A stretch of DNA of 64,000 nucleotides from Scyliorhinus canicula (lineage: Eukaryota): NCBI RefSeq assembly GCF_902713615.1, contig NC_052169.1, positions 3,599,800 through 3,663,799 of the forward strand, written 5' to 3'. A program made the translations under genes and the position numbers. Numbering within the stretch: the stretch's first letter is position 1; every line of letters begins with the position of its first letter. The notes under the pieces are model-generated. The model had not been told where the DNA came from. It did not search any database and was given only the letters and a program-made list of their open reading frames with translations. Positions 34,810 to 47,700 of the stretch are shown piece after piece.

Positions 34810-37800
34810 GGAAGTGTTCACAGGGCGGACTGGCAGCACCTTTTTGAGGTGTTTGCGAGATTTGGATTTGGGTAGAAGTTCACCTCATGGGTTTAGCGAC
34901 TGCACAGACCACCTGGGACCTGTGTACGCACTAATGTGTTGCGGTTGGGGTATTTCCTAATGAATAGCGGTGCCCATTGTCGCCACTCCTGTTTGCGTTA
35001 GCGATAGAACCTTTGGCCATAGCGCTAAGGTCCTCGGGTGAATGGAGGGGGATAAAGAGTGGGGGGAGGGAGCACAGGGTGTCTTTATATGCTGATGATC
35101 TGAGGGGCTGTTCAGCTCACAGGGCTAATCGCTGGCTTTGAAAGCAGACCAAGGCAAGCCAGCAGCACGGTTCGATTCCCGTAACAGCCTCCCCGAACAG
35201 GCGCCGGAATGTGGCGACTAGGGGCTTTTCACAGTAACTTCATTTGAAGCCTACTCGTGACAATAAGCGATTTTCATTTCATTTCAACTCGTATGTTACG
35301 GATCCTGTCTTATCGATGGCCAAAATAATGAAGCTACTGAGGAGCTTTGTCTCCTTTTCAAGGTATAAATTGAACCTGGGGAATAGTGAATAATGCCCTG
35401 TTACTCCAAGGAGGAGGGGAGCCAATCTGGGGGTATTGCCTTTTTGTCTTGCCAAAGATAGCTTCCAGTATCTGGGTATCCGAGTGTCCCATGATTGGTC
35501 TATTCCTCACGGGTTAAACTATACATTCTGGTGAGTAGGGTGAGATCTGACTAACAGATAACCTTCCACTGACCTCGGTGGGCAGAGTCCAGACTGCTGT
35601 TAAGATGATCATTCTCCCAAGGTTTTTATTTCTATTTCAATGTCTTCCAGTTTCCTTTGCTAAGTCTTTCTTTGCCAAGGTTAACAAGTTAATCACCTCT
35701 TTTATTTGAGCGGCTAAGTCACAATATGTAGGGTATTCCTTCAGAGGGAAAGCAGATAGGGGAGGCCTGCTGTTGCCCAATTTTTTTGCTTATTACTGGG
35801 TCGTAGGGCAGCACGATGGCGCAGTGGTTAGCATTGCAGCCTCACGGCGCCGAGGTCCCAGGTTCGATCCTGGCTCTGGGTCACTGCCCATGTGGAGTTC
35901 ACACTTTCTCCCTGTGTCTGCGTGGGATTCGCCCCCACAACCCAAAACAGGATAGGTGGATTGGCCACACTAAATTGCCCCTTAATTGGAAAAAATTAAT
36001 TGAGTCCTCTAAATTTATTTTAAAAATTACTGGGTGGTATTGAGAAGGTACTAGGGTGGTTGAGGGAGTCAGATTCTATATGGGGGAAGACGGAAGTGAG
36101 TTGTGTAGGGGCTCGAGTTTACGGCCTTTCGTAATAGCTTCGCTCCCCAGCGAGATATTCCTCGAACCCAGAGATAATATCTACTTTAAGGATATGGAAG
36201 CAGTTTAGGCAGCATTACAAGCTGAACACCATGTCACTGTTGGTCCCTATCTGCGGCAACCATTTCTTTGTGCCGTCAGGTCTGGATGTTATGTTTAAGT
36301 CGTGGGTGTGACATTATCATAAATGTAAAGAACTGGAAGGTTTAATGCTATGTTCAATCATCCACTAGGGGGAGCTAGATGTACAACTATATAAGGCATC
36401 GATGCTAAGCCTTGTGGGTGAGAGGTTGAGGAGAAAGCTGGAGGACAGACTGAAGGAAAGGTAGTGTGAGTGAGAGCAGATCGTAGTTAATGTAATAATG
36501 TAGAGATTAGTAGTAGATGAGTGTAGATTGTATATTTATTATCAACTATTATATAGGAGTAAGTGTCGAATCCAATTAAGTAGTTTTAATAAATCTACAG
36601 CTTTGTACAATATAAAAGGTATTTGTGGTCTTTGTGACCACTACGCCAACCATCCTACAACTGGCAACACAAAGAACATCACAGTGGGAAGGAAGGGGCC
36701 TTGTGTATTGTGGGGATCTGTTCATGGAAGGGCGGTTTGCTAGTTGGGAGGAGACTTCGGTGAAATTTCAATAGTCAGGGTGCTCCTGTTCCGCTACTTC
36801 CAATTACCATGATTTTGTCCAGGCCTGTCCTACATTTCCCTGAGACCGCAACCCTCCCTGCTGGGGAGAATCCTATTGCTGGCAGGATTTTGGGGCGGGG
36901 GTGGGGGGGCAGCGTTCCAAATATTTATGGGCAGATTATTTCAATGGAAACTATCTCACTGGACCAGGCAAGGGAGAAATGGGTGGGTGGGGGGGTGCTG
37001 GCACTGATTTTGGATGAGGACATGTGGGGGTGAGGCCCTTCTTAGGTGAACTCCACTTCCTCCTGTGCGTGTCTCAGCCTGGTTCAGCTTCAGGTACATA
37101 GAGCTCACCTGACTAAGGCTAGGACGAGTGGGTTCTTTGCGGGAGTGGAGGACAAGCGTGAGCGGTGCTCCCTTGGGCCTGCTAATCACACCCACACTGT
37201 TCTGGTTGTGCCCGAGGATGGTAGGTTTTTGGGTCTCTTTCTCTAGCGCCATGTCAGTGATTCTTAACATTGATCTGGAGCCTTGTCCGTTGGTGGCCAT
37301 TTCTGGGGTGTCGGACACGTCGCGGCTGCAAGCTGGGATGATGGCGGATGTTCTTGCCTTTGCCTCGTTGATAGCCGGAGGTGAGTTCTGCGGGGTGGAG
37401 ATCTTCTACTCGGCCCAGTGTCTGGGTCTGGTTGGGTGATCTGATGGAATTGTTATATCTGGAAAAGTCAAGTTAGGGGGTCAGTTGAGGGTTCCACCAT
37501 TCATTTCCGACTTTAAAGAGTTAATCACCATCAACTGTGAAGGAGGGGGGAGATGGTGTGGGGGGAGGGGGGGTAGTTATTAATATTGGAAATGGGTTAT
37601 TTTTGTTGTTCGTTGGGTGGGAGTAAAACATTTGGACTATTGTACGATTTGATAGTCGTTATCTGGGCTGTTTGGTGTTTCTTTTTGTTTTTTAAAAATA
37701 AATTTAGAGTACCCAATTCATTTTTTCCAATTAAGGGGCAATTTAGCCTGGCCAATTCACCTACCCTGCATATCTTTGGGTTGTGGGGGCGAAACCCACG

Positions 37801-37985
37801 CAGACACGGGGAGAATGTGCAAACTCCACACGGACTGGCGTTGAAGGTTAGAATCGGACCTGGGATCTCGGCGCCGTGAGGCAACAGGGCTAACCCACTG
37901 CGCCACCATGCTGCCTGGCTGTTTGGTGTTAATGTCGTCTTTGTTATAAATGAAAAAGTTTCAATAAAAATATATTTCTTATAAA
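34810..37985 (+). mobile_element. L1/Tx1-type LINE ORF2 3' part, decayed, with nested SINEs (35103-35285 +, 35806-36025 +, 37693-37917 -) and a solo LTR
   Basis: [45 protein letters not shown], and AATAAA/A-rich end at about 37963. Confidence 0.85.
36307..36683 (+). mobile_element. Solo LTR, 377 bp, TGTGA...TCACA termini, 5-bp TSD GTGGG
   Basis: TSD at 36302-36306 and 36684-36688. TATA-like CTATATAAG at about 36387, AATAAA at about 36588. Confidence 0.85.
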
Positions 37986-38029
37986 GGTGAAACACTTTAC
38001 ATTGCTAAATTCCACTATTGGAAAATGAA

Positions 38030-38795
38030 ATGAGGAGAGATTGAGTCGGTTAGGATTGTATTCGCTGGAGTTTGGAAGATTGAGGGGGGATCTCAGAGAA
38101 ACCTATAAAATTCTAACAGGACTGGATGGACAGGATTGATGCAGGAAGGATGTTCCCAATGGTGGGGGTGTCCAGAATCAAGGGTCACAGTCCGAGGATA
38201 CGGGGTAGACCATTTAGGACAGAGATGAGGAGAAATGTCTTCACCCAGAAAATGGTGAACCTGTGGAATTCGCGACCACAGAAAGCAGTTGGGGCCAAAA
38301 CATTGTATGTTTTCAAGAAGCAGTTCAATATTGCACTTGATGCGAAGCGTCACAAACATTATGCGGCGAGGGCAGGACCAGGCTATTGAGTTGGTTGATC
38401 AGCCATGATCATAATGAATGGCGGAGAGGCGGCAGGTGGCGCAGTGGATAGCACTGGGACTGTGGCACTGAGGACATGGGTTCAAATCCCGGCCCCCGGG
38501 TCACTGTCCGTGTGGAGTTTGCACATTCTCCCCGTGTCTGCGTGTGTCTCACCCCCACAACCCAAAGATGTGCAGGTTAGGTGGATTGGCCACGTCAAAT
38601 TGCCCCTTAATTTGAAAAAACATAATTGGGTACTCCAAATATATATTTTTTTAATGAATGGCGGAGCAGGGCAGCACGTTGCCGCAGTGGTTAGCACTGC
38701 AGCCTCGTGGCGCTGAGGTCCCAGGTTTGATCCTAGCTCTGGACCACTGTGTATGAGGAGTTTGCACATTCTCCCCACGTAAGCATGGGTTTCTT
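38030..38795 (+). mobile_element. CR1 3' fragment with two V-SINEs (38430-38645; 38669-38795 truncated by the satellite)
   Basis: RGRPFRTEMRRNVFTQKMVNLWNS. AATGAATGGCGGAG is duplicated around the first SINE. Confidence 0.82.
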
Positions 38796-38799
38796 TGTA

Positions 38800-41700
38800 C
38801 TGTACCCCAGTGAGAGTCAGTTTGTGTGGAACCCGTTCCCCAGTGAGTCAGTGTGTGTGTGGGACCCGTACCCCAGTGAGAGTCAGTGTGTGTGGGACCC
38901 GTACCCCAGTGAGAGACAGTGTGTGTGGGACCCGTACCCCAGTGAGAGACAGTGTGTGTGGGACCCATACCCCAGTGAGAGTCAGTGTGTGTGGGACTCG
39001 TACCCCAGTGAGAGTCAGTGTGTGTGTGGGACCCGTACCCCAGTGAGAGTCAGTGTGTGTGGGACCCGTACCCCTTGAGAGTCAGTGTGTGTGGGATCCG
39101 TACCCCAGTGAGAGTCAGTGTGTGTGTGGGACCCGTACCCCAGTGAGAGTCAGTGTGTGTGTGGAACCCGTTCCCCAGTGAGTCAGTGTGTGTGTGGGAT
39201 CCGTACCCCAGTGAGAGTCAGTGTGTGTGGGACCCGTACCCCAGTGAGAGACAGTGTGTGTGGGACCCGTACCCCAGTGAGAGACAGTGTGTGTGGGACC
39301 CGTACCCCATTGAGAGTCAGTGTGTGTGGGACTCGTACCCCAGTGAGAGTCAGTGTGTGTGTGGGACCCGTACCCCAGTGAGAGTCAGTGTGTGTGGGAC
39401 CCGTACCCCTTGAGAGTCAGTGTGTGTGGGATCCGTACCCCAGTGAGAGTCAGTGTGTGTGTGGGACCCGTACCCCAGTGAGAGTCAGTGTGTGTGGGAC
39501 CTGTACCCCAGTGAGAGTCAGTGTGTGTGTGGGACCCCTACCCCAGTGATAGTCAGTGTGTGTGGGACCTGTACCCCAGTGAGAGTCAGTGTGTGTGGGA
39601 CCCGTACCCCAGTGATAGTCAGTGTGTGTGGGACCTGTACCCCAGTGAGAGTCAGTGTGTGTGGGACCCGTACCCCAGTGAGAGTCAGTGTGTGTGTGAC
39701 CCGTACCCCAGTGAGAGTCAGTGTGTGTGGGGGACCCGTACCCCAGTGAGAGTCAGTGTGTGTGGGACCCATACCCCAGTGAGAATCAGTGTGTGTGGAA
39801 CCCGTACCCCAGTGAGAGTCAGTGTGTGTGGGACCTGTACCCCAGTGAGAGTCACTGTGTGTGGGACCTGTACCCCAGTGAGAGTCAGTGTGTGTGGGAC
39901 CCGTACCCCAGTGAGAGTCAGTGTGTGGAACCCCAACCCCAGTGAGAGTCAGTGTGTGTGGGACCTGTACCCCAGTGAGAGTCACTGTGTGTGGGACCCA
40001 TACCCCAGTGAGAGTCGGTGTGTGTGGGACCCGTACCCCAGTGAGAGTCAGTGTGTGTGGGACCTGTACCCCAGTGAGAGTCAGTGTGTGTGTGGGACCC
40101 GTACCCCAGTGAGAGTCAGTGTGTGTGGGACCCGTACCCCAGTGAGAGTCAGTGTGTGTGGGACCTGTACCCCAGTGAGAGTCAGTGTGTGGGACCCCTA
40201 CCCCAGTGAGAGTCAGTGTGTGTGGGGACCCGTACCCCAGTGAGAGTCAGTGTGTGTGGGACCCGTACCCCAGTGAGAGTCAGTGTGTGTGGAATTATAC
40301 CCCAGTGAGAGTCAGTGTGTGTGGGACCCGTACCCCAGTGAGAGTCAGTGTGTGTGGGACCCGTACCCCAGTGAGAGTCAGTGTGTGTGGAACCCGTACC
40401 CCAGTGAGAGTCGGTGTGTGTGGGACCCGTACCCCAGTGAGAGTCAGTGTGTGTGGGACCCATACCCCAGTGAGAGTCAGTGTGTGTCAGACCCGTAGCC
40501 CAGTGAGAGTCAGTATGTGTGGGATCCGTACCCCAGTGAGAGTCAGTGTGTGTGTGTGTTGGACTCGTACCCCAGTGAGAGTCAGTGTGTGTGGGACCCG
40601 TACCCCAGTGAGAGTCAGTGTGTGTGGGACCCATACCCCAGTGAGAATCAGTGTGTGTGGAACCCGTACCCCAGTGATAGTCAGTGTGTGTGGGACCTGT
40701 ACCCCAGTGAGAGTCAGTGTGTGTGGGACCCGTACCCCAGTGAGAGTCAGTGTGTGGGGGACCCGTACCCCAGTGAGAGTCAGTGTGTGTGGGACCCATA
40801 CCCCAGTGAGAATCAGTGTGTGTGGAACCCGTACCCCAGTGAGAGTCAGTGTGTGTGGGACCTGTACCCCAGTGAGAGTCACTGTGTGTGGGACCTGTAC
40901 CCCAGTGAGAGTCAGTGTGTGTGGCACCTGAACCCCAGTGAGAGTCAGTGTGTGTGGAACCCCAACCACAGTGAGAGTCGGTGTGTGTGGGACCCGTACC
41001 CCAGTGAGAGTCAGTGTGTGTGGGACCTGTACCCCAGTGAGAGTCAGTGTGTGTGTGGGACCCGTACCCCAGTGAGAGTCAGTGTGTGTGGGACCCGTAC
41101 CCCAGTGAGAGTCAGTGTGTGTGGGACCCGTACCCCAGTGAGAGTCAGTGTGTGTGGGACCCCAGTGAGAGTCAGTGTGTGTGGGACCTGTACCCCAGTG
41201 AGAGTCAGTGTGTGGGACCCGTACCCCAGTGAGAGTCAGTGTCTGTGGGACCCGTACCCCAGTGAGAGTCAGTGTGTGTGGAACCTGTACCTCAGTGAGA
41301 GTCAGTGTGTGTGGAACTATACCCCAGTGAGAGTCAGTGTGTGTGGGACCCATACCCCAGTGAGAGTCAGTGTGTGTGGGACCCGTACCCCAGTGAGAGT
41401 CAGTGTGTGTGGGACCCATACCCCAGTGAGAGTCAGTGTGTGTCGGACCCGTAGCCCAGTGAGAGTCAGTATGTGTGGGATCCGTACCCCAGTGAGAGTC
41501 AGTGTGTGTGTGTGTGTTGGACTCGTACCCCAGTGAGAGTCAGTGTGTGTGGGACCCGTACCCCAGTGAGAGTCAGTGTGTGTGGGACCCGTACCCCAGT
41601 GAGAGTCAGTGTGTGTGGGACCCGTACCCCAGTGAGAGTCAGTGTGTGTGGGACCCGTACCCCAGTGAGAGTCAGTGTGTGTGGGACCCGTACCCCAGTG

Positions 41701-44700
41701 AGAGTCAGTGTGTGGGACCCGTACCCCAGTGAGTCAGTGTGTGTGGAACCCGTATCCCAGTGAGAGTCAGTGTGTGTGGGACCCATACCCCAGTGAGAGT
41801 CAGTGTGTGTGGGACCCGTACCCCAGTGAGAGTCAGTGTGTGTGGGACCCATACCCCAGTGAGAGTCAGTGTGTGTGGGACGTGTACCCCAGTGAGAGTC
41901 AGTGTGTGTGGAACCCGTATCCCAGTGAGAGTCAGTGTGTGTGAAACCCGTACCCCAGTGAGAGTCAGTGTGTGTGGGACGTGTACCCCAGTGAGAGTCA
42001 GTGTGTGTGGAACCCGTATCCCAGTGAGAGTCAGTGTGTGTGGGACCCGTACCCCAGTGAGAGTCAGTGTGTGTGGGACTGTACCCCAGTGAGAGTCAGT
42101 GTGTGTGGGACCCGTACCCCAGTGAGAGTCAGTGTGTGTGGGACCCGTTCCCCAGTGAGAGTCAGTGTGTGTGGGACTCGTACCCCAGTGAGAGTCAGTG
42201 TGTGTGGGACCCGTACCCCAGTGAGAGTCAGTGTGTGTGGGACTCGTTCCCCAGTGAGAGTCAGTGTGTGTGAGACCCGTACCCCAGTGAGAATCAGTGT
42301 GTGTAGGACCCGTACCCCAGTGAGAGTCAGTGTGTGTGGGACCCGTACCCCAGTGAGAGTCAGTGTGTGTGGGACCCGTACCCCGGTGAGAGTCAGTGTG
42401 TGTGGGACCTGTACCCCAGTGAGTGTCAGTGTGTGTGGGACCCGTACCCCAGTGAGAGTCAGTGTGTGTGGGACCCGTACCCCAGTGAGAGACAGTGTGT
42501 GTGGGACCCGTACCCCATTGAGAGTCAGTGTGTGTGGGACTCGTACCCCAGTGAGAGTCAGTGTGTGTGTGGGACCCGTACCCCAGTGAGAGTCAGTGTG
42601 TGTGGGACCCGTACCCCTTGAGAGTCAGTGTGTGTGGGATCCGTACCCCAGTGAGAGTCAGTGTGTGTGTGGGACCCGTACCCCAGTGAGAGTCAGTGTG
42701 TGTGGGACCTGTACCCCAGTGAGAGTCAGTGTGTGTGTGGGACCCCTACCCCAGTGATAGTCAGTGTGTGTGGGACCTGTACCCCAGTGAGAGTCAGTGT
42801 GTGTGGGACCCGTACCCCAGTGATAGTCAGTGTGTGTGGGACCTGTACCCCAGTGAGAGTCAGTGTGTGTGGGACCCGTACCCCAGTGAGAGTCAGTGTG
42901 TGTGTGACCCGTACCCCAGTGAGAGTCAGTGTGTGTGGGGGACCCGTACCCCAGTGAGAGTCAGTGTGTGTGGGACCCATACCCCAGTGAGAATCAGTGT
43001 GTGTGGAACCCGTACCCCAGTGAGAGTCAGTGTGTGTGGGACCTGTACCCCAGTGAGAGTCACTGTGTGTGGGACCTGTACCCCAGTGAGAGTCAGTGTG
43101 TGTGGGACCCGTACCCCAGTGAGAGTCAGTGTGTGGAACCCCAACCCCAGTGAGAGTCAGTGTGTGTGGGACCTGTACCCCAGTGAGAGTCACTGTGTGT
43201 GGGACCCATACCCCAGTGAGAGTCGGTGTGTGTGGGACCCGTACCCCAGTGAGAGTCAGTGTGTGTGGGACCCATACCCCAGTGAGAATCAGTGTGTGTG
43301 GAACCCGTACCCCAGTGAGAGTCAGTGTGTGTGGGACCTGTACCCCAGTGAGAGTCACTGTGTGTGGGACCTGTACCCCAGTGAGAGTCAGTGTGTGTGG
43401 CACCTGAACCCCAGTGAGAGTCAGTGTGTGTGGAACCCCAACCACAGTGAGAGTCGGTGTGTGTGGGACCCGTACCCCAGTGAGAGTCAGTGTGTGTGGG
43501 ACCTGTACCCCAGTGAGAGTCAGTGTGTGTGTGGGACCCGTACCCCAGTGAGAGTCAGTGTGTGTGGGACCCGTACCCCAGTGAGAGTCAGTGTGTGTGG
43601 GACCCGTACCCCAGTGAGAGTCAGTGTGTGTGGGACCCCAGTGAGAGTCAGTGTGTGTGGGACCTGTACCCCAGTGAGAGTCAGTGTGTGGGACCCCTAC
43701 CCCAGTGAGAGTCAGTGTGTGTGGGGACCCGTACCCCAGTGAGAGTCAGTGTGTGTGGGACCCGTACCCCAGTGAGAGTCAGTGTGTGTGGAACTATACC
43801 CCAGTGAGAGTCAGTGTGTGTGGGACCCGTACCCCAGTGAGAGTCAGTGTGTGTGGGACCCGTACCCCAGTGAGAGTCAGTGTGTGTGGGACCCATACCC
43901 CAGTGAGAGTCAGTGTGTGTCGGACCCGTAGCCCAGTGAGAGTCAGTATGTGTGGGATCCGTACCCCAGTGAGAGTCAGTGTGTGTGTGTGTGTTGGACT
44001 CGTACCCAGTGAGAGTCAGTGTGTGTGGGACCCGTACCCCAGTGAGAGTCAGTGTGTGTGGGACCCGTACCCCAGTGAGAGTCAGTGTGTGTGGGACCCG
44101 TACCCCAGTGAGAGTCAGTGTGTGTGGGACCCGTACCCCAGTGAGAGTCAGTGTGTGGGGGACCCGTATCGCAGTGAGAGTCAGTGTGTGGGACCTGTAC
44201 CCCAGTGAGAGACAGTGTGCGTGAAACCCGTATCCCAGTGAGAGTCAGTGTGTGTGGGACCCTTACCCCAGTGAGAGTCAGTGTGTGTGGGACCCGTACC
44301 CCAGTGAGAGTCAGTGTGTGTGGGACCCGTACCCCAGTGAGAGTCAGTGTGTGTGGGACGTGTACCCCAGTGAGAGTCAGTGTGTGTGGAACCCGTATCC
44401 CAGTGAGAGTCAGTGTGTGTGAAACCCGTACCCCAGTGAGAGTCAGTGTGTGTGGGACGTGTACCCCAGTGAGAGTCAGTGTGTGTGGAACCCGTATCCC
44501 AGTGAGAGTCAGTGTGTGTGGGACCCGTACCCCAGTGAGAGTCAGTGTGTGTGGGACTGTACCCCAGTGAGAGTCAGTGTGTGTGGGACCCGTACCCCAG
44601 TGAGAGTCAGTGTGTGTGGGACCCGTTCCCCAGTGAGAGTCAGTGTGTGTGGGACTCGTACCCCAGTGAGAGTCAGTGTGTGTGGGACCCGTACCCCAGT

Positions 44701-47700
44701 GAGAGTCAGTGTGTGTGGGACTCGTTCCCCAGTGAGAGTCAGTGTGTGTGAGACCCGTACCCCAGTGAGAATCAGTGTGTGTAGGACCCGTACCCCAGTG
44801 AGAGTCAGTGTGTGTGGGACCCGTACCCCAGTGAGAGTCAGTGTGTGTGGGACCCGTACCCCGGTGAGAGTCAGTGTGTGTGGGACCTGTACCCCAGTGA
44901 GTGTCAGTGTGTGTGGGACCCGTACCCCAGTGAGAGACAGTGTGTGTGGGACCCGTACCCCAGTGAGAGACAGTGTGTGTGGGACCCGTACCCCATTGAG
45001 AGTCAGTGTGTGTGGGACTCGTACCCCAGTGAGAGTCAGTGTGTGTGTGGGACCCGTACCCCAGTGAGAGTCAGTGTGTGTGGGACCCGTACCCCTTGAG
45101 AGTCAGTGTGTGTGGGATCCGTACCCCAGTGAGAGTCAGTGTGTGTGTGGGACCCGTACCCCAGTGAGAGTCAGTGTGTGTGGGACCTGTACCCCAGTGA
45201 GAGTCAGTGTGTGTGTGGGACCCGTACCCCAGTGATAGTCAGTGTGTGTGGGACCTGTACCCCAGTGAGAGTCAGTGTGTGTGCGACCCGTACCCCAGTG
45301 ATAGTCAGTGTGTGTGGGACCTGTACCCCAGTGAGAGTCAGTGTGTGTGGGACTCGTACCCCAGTGAGAGTCAGTGTGTGTGTGACCCGTACCCCAGTGA
45401 GAGTCAGTGTGTGTGGGGGACCCGTACCCCAGTGAGAGTCAGTGTGTGTGGGACCCATACCCCAGTGAGAATCAGTGTGTGTGGAACCCGTACCCCAGTG
45501 AGAGTCAGTGTGTGTGGGACCTGTACCCCAGTGAGAGTCACTGTGTGTGGGACCTGTACCCCAGTGAGAGTCAGTGTGTGTGGGACCCGTACCCCAGTGA
45601 GAGTCAGTGTGTGGAACCCCAACCCCAGTGAGAGTCAGTGTGTGTGGGACCTGTACCCCAGTGAGAGTCACTGTGTGTGGGACCCATACCCCAGTGAGAG
45701 TCGGTGTGTGTGGGACCCGTACCCCAGTGAGAGTCAGTGTGTGTGGGACCTGTACCCCAGTGAGAGTCAGTGTGTGTGTGGGACCCGTACCCCAGTGAGA
45801 GTCAGTGTGTGTGGGACCCGTACCCCAGTGAGAGTCAGTGTGTGTGGGACCTGTACCCCAGTGAGAGTCAGTGTGTGGGACCCCTACCCCAGTGAGAGTC
45901 AGTGTGTGTGGGGACCCGTACCCCAGTGAGAGTCAGTGTGTGTGGGACCCGTACCCCAGTGAGAGTCAGTGTGTGTGGAATTATACCCCAGTGAGAGTCA
46001 GTGTGTGTGGGACCCGTACCCCAGTGAGAGTCAGTGTGTGTGGGACCCGTACCCCAGTGAGAGTCAGTGTGTGTGGAACCCGTACCCCAGTGAGAGTCGG
46101 TGTGTGTGGGACCCGTACCCCAGTGAGAGTCAGTGTGTGTGGGACCCATACCCCAGTGAGAGTCAGTGTGTGTCGGACCCGTAGCCCAGTGAGAGTCAGT
46201 ATGTGTGGGATCCGTACCCCAGTGAGAGTCAGTGTGTGTGTGTGTTGGACTCGTACCCCAGTGAGAGTCAGTGTGTGTGGGACCCGTACCCCAGTGAGAG
46301 TCAGTGTGTGTGGGACCCATACCCCAGTGAGAATCAGTGTGTGTGGAACCCGTACCCCAGTGATAGTCAGTGTGTGTGGGACCTGTACCCCAGTGAGAGT
46401 CAGTGTGTGTGGGACCCGTACCCCAGTGAGAGTCAGTGTGTGGGGGACCCGTACCCCAGTGAGAGTCAGTGTGTGTGGGACCCATACCCCAGTGAGAATC
46501 AGTGTGTGTGGAACCCGTACCCCAGTGAGAGTCAGTGTGTGTGGGACCTGTACCCCAGTGAGAGTCACTGTGTGTGGGACCTGTACCCCAGTGAGAGTCA
46601 GTGTGTGTGGCACCTGAACCCCAGTGAGAGTCAGTGTGTGTGGAACCCCAACCACAGTGAGAGTCGGTGTGTGTGGGACCCGTACCCCAGTGAGAGTCAG
46701 TGTGTGTGGGACCTGTACCCCAGTGAGAGTCAGTGTGTGTGTGGGACCCGTACCCCAGTGAGAGTCAGTGTGTGTGGGACCCGTACCCCAGTGAGAGTCA
46801 GTGTGTGTGGGACCCGTACCCCAGTGAGAGTCAGTGTGTGTGGGACCCCAGTGAGAGTCAGTGTGTGTGGGACCTGTACCCCAGTGAGAGTCAGTGTGTG
46901 GGACCCCTACCCCAGTGAGAGTCAGTGTGTGTGGGGACCCGTACCCCAGTGAGAGTCAGTGTGTGTGGGACCCGTACCCCAGTGAGAGTCAGTGTGTGTG
47001 GAACTATACCCCAGTGAGAGTCAGTGTGTGTGGGACCCATACCCCAGTGAGAGTCAGTGTGTTGACCCGTACCCCAGTGAGAGTCAGTGTGTGTAGGACC
47101 CATACCCCAGTGAGAGTCAGTGTGTGTCGGACCCGTAGCCCAGTGAGAGTCAGTATGTGTGGGATCCGTACCCCAGTGAGAGTCAGTGTGTGTGTGTGTG
47201 TTGGACTCGTACCCCAGTGAGAGTCAGTGTGTGTGGGACCCGTACCCCAGTGAGAGTCAGTGTGTGTGGGACCCGTACCCCAGTGAGAGTCAGTGTGTGT
47301 GGGACCCGTACCCCAGTGAGAGTCAGTGTGTGTGGGACCCGTACCCCAGTGAGAGTCAGTGTGTGTGGGACCCGTACCCCAGTGAGAGTCAGTGTGTGGG
47401 ACCCGTACCCCAGTGAGTCAGTGTGTGTGGAACCCGTATCCCAGTGAGAGTCAGTGTGTGTGGGACCCATACCCCAGTGAGAGTCAGTGTGTGTGGGACC
47501 CGTACCCCAGTGAGAGTCAGTGTGTGTGGGACCCATACCCCAGTGAGAGTCAGTGTGTGTGGGACGTGTACCCCAGTGAGAGTCAGTGTGTGTGGAACCC
47601 GTATCCCAGTGAGAGTCAGTGTGTGTGAAACCCGTACCCCAGTGAGAGTCAGTGTGTGTGGGACGTGTACCCCAGTGAGAGTCAGTGTGTGTGGAACCCG

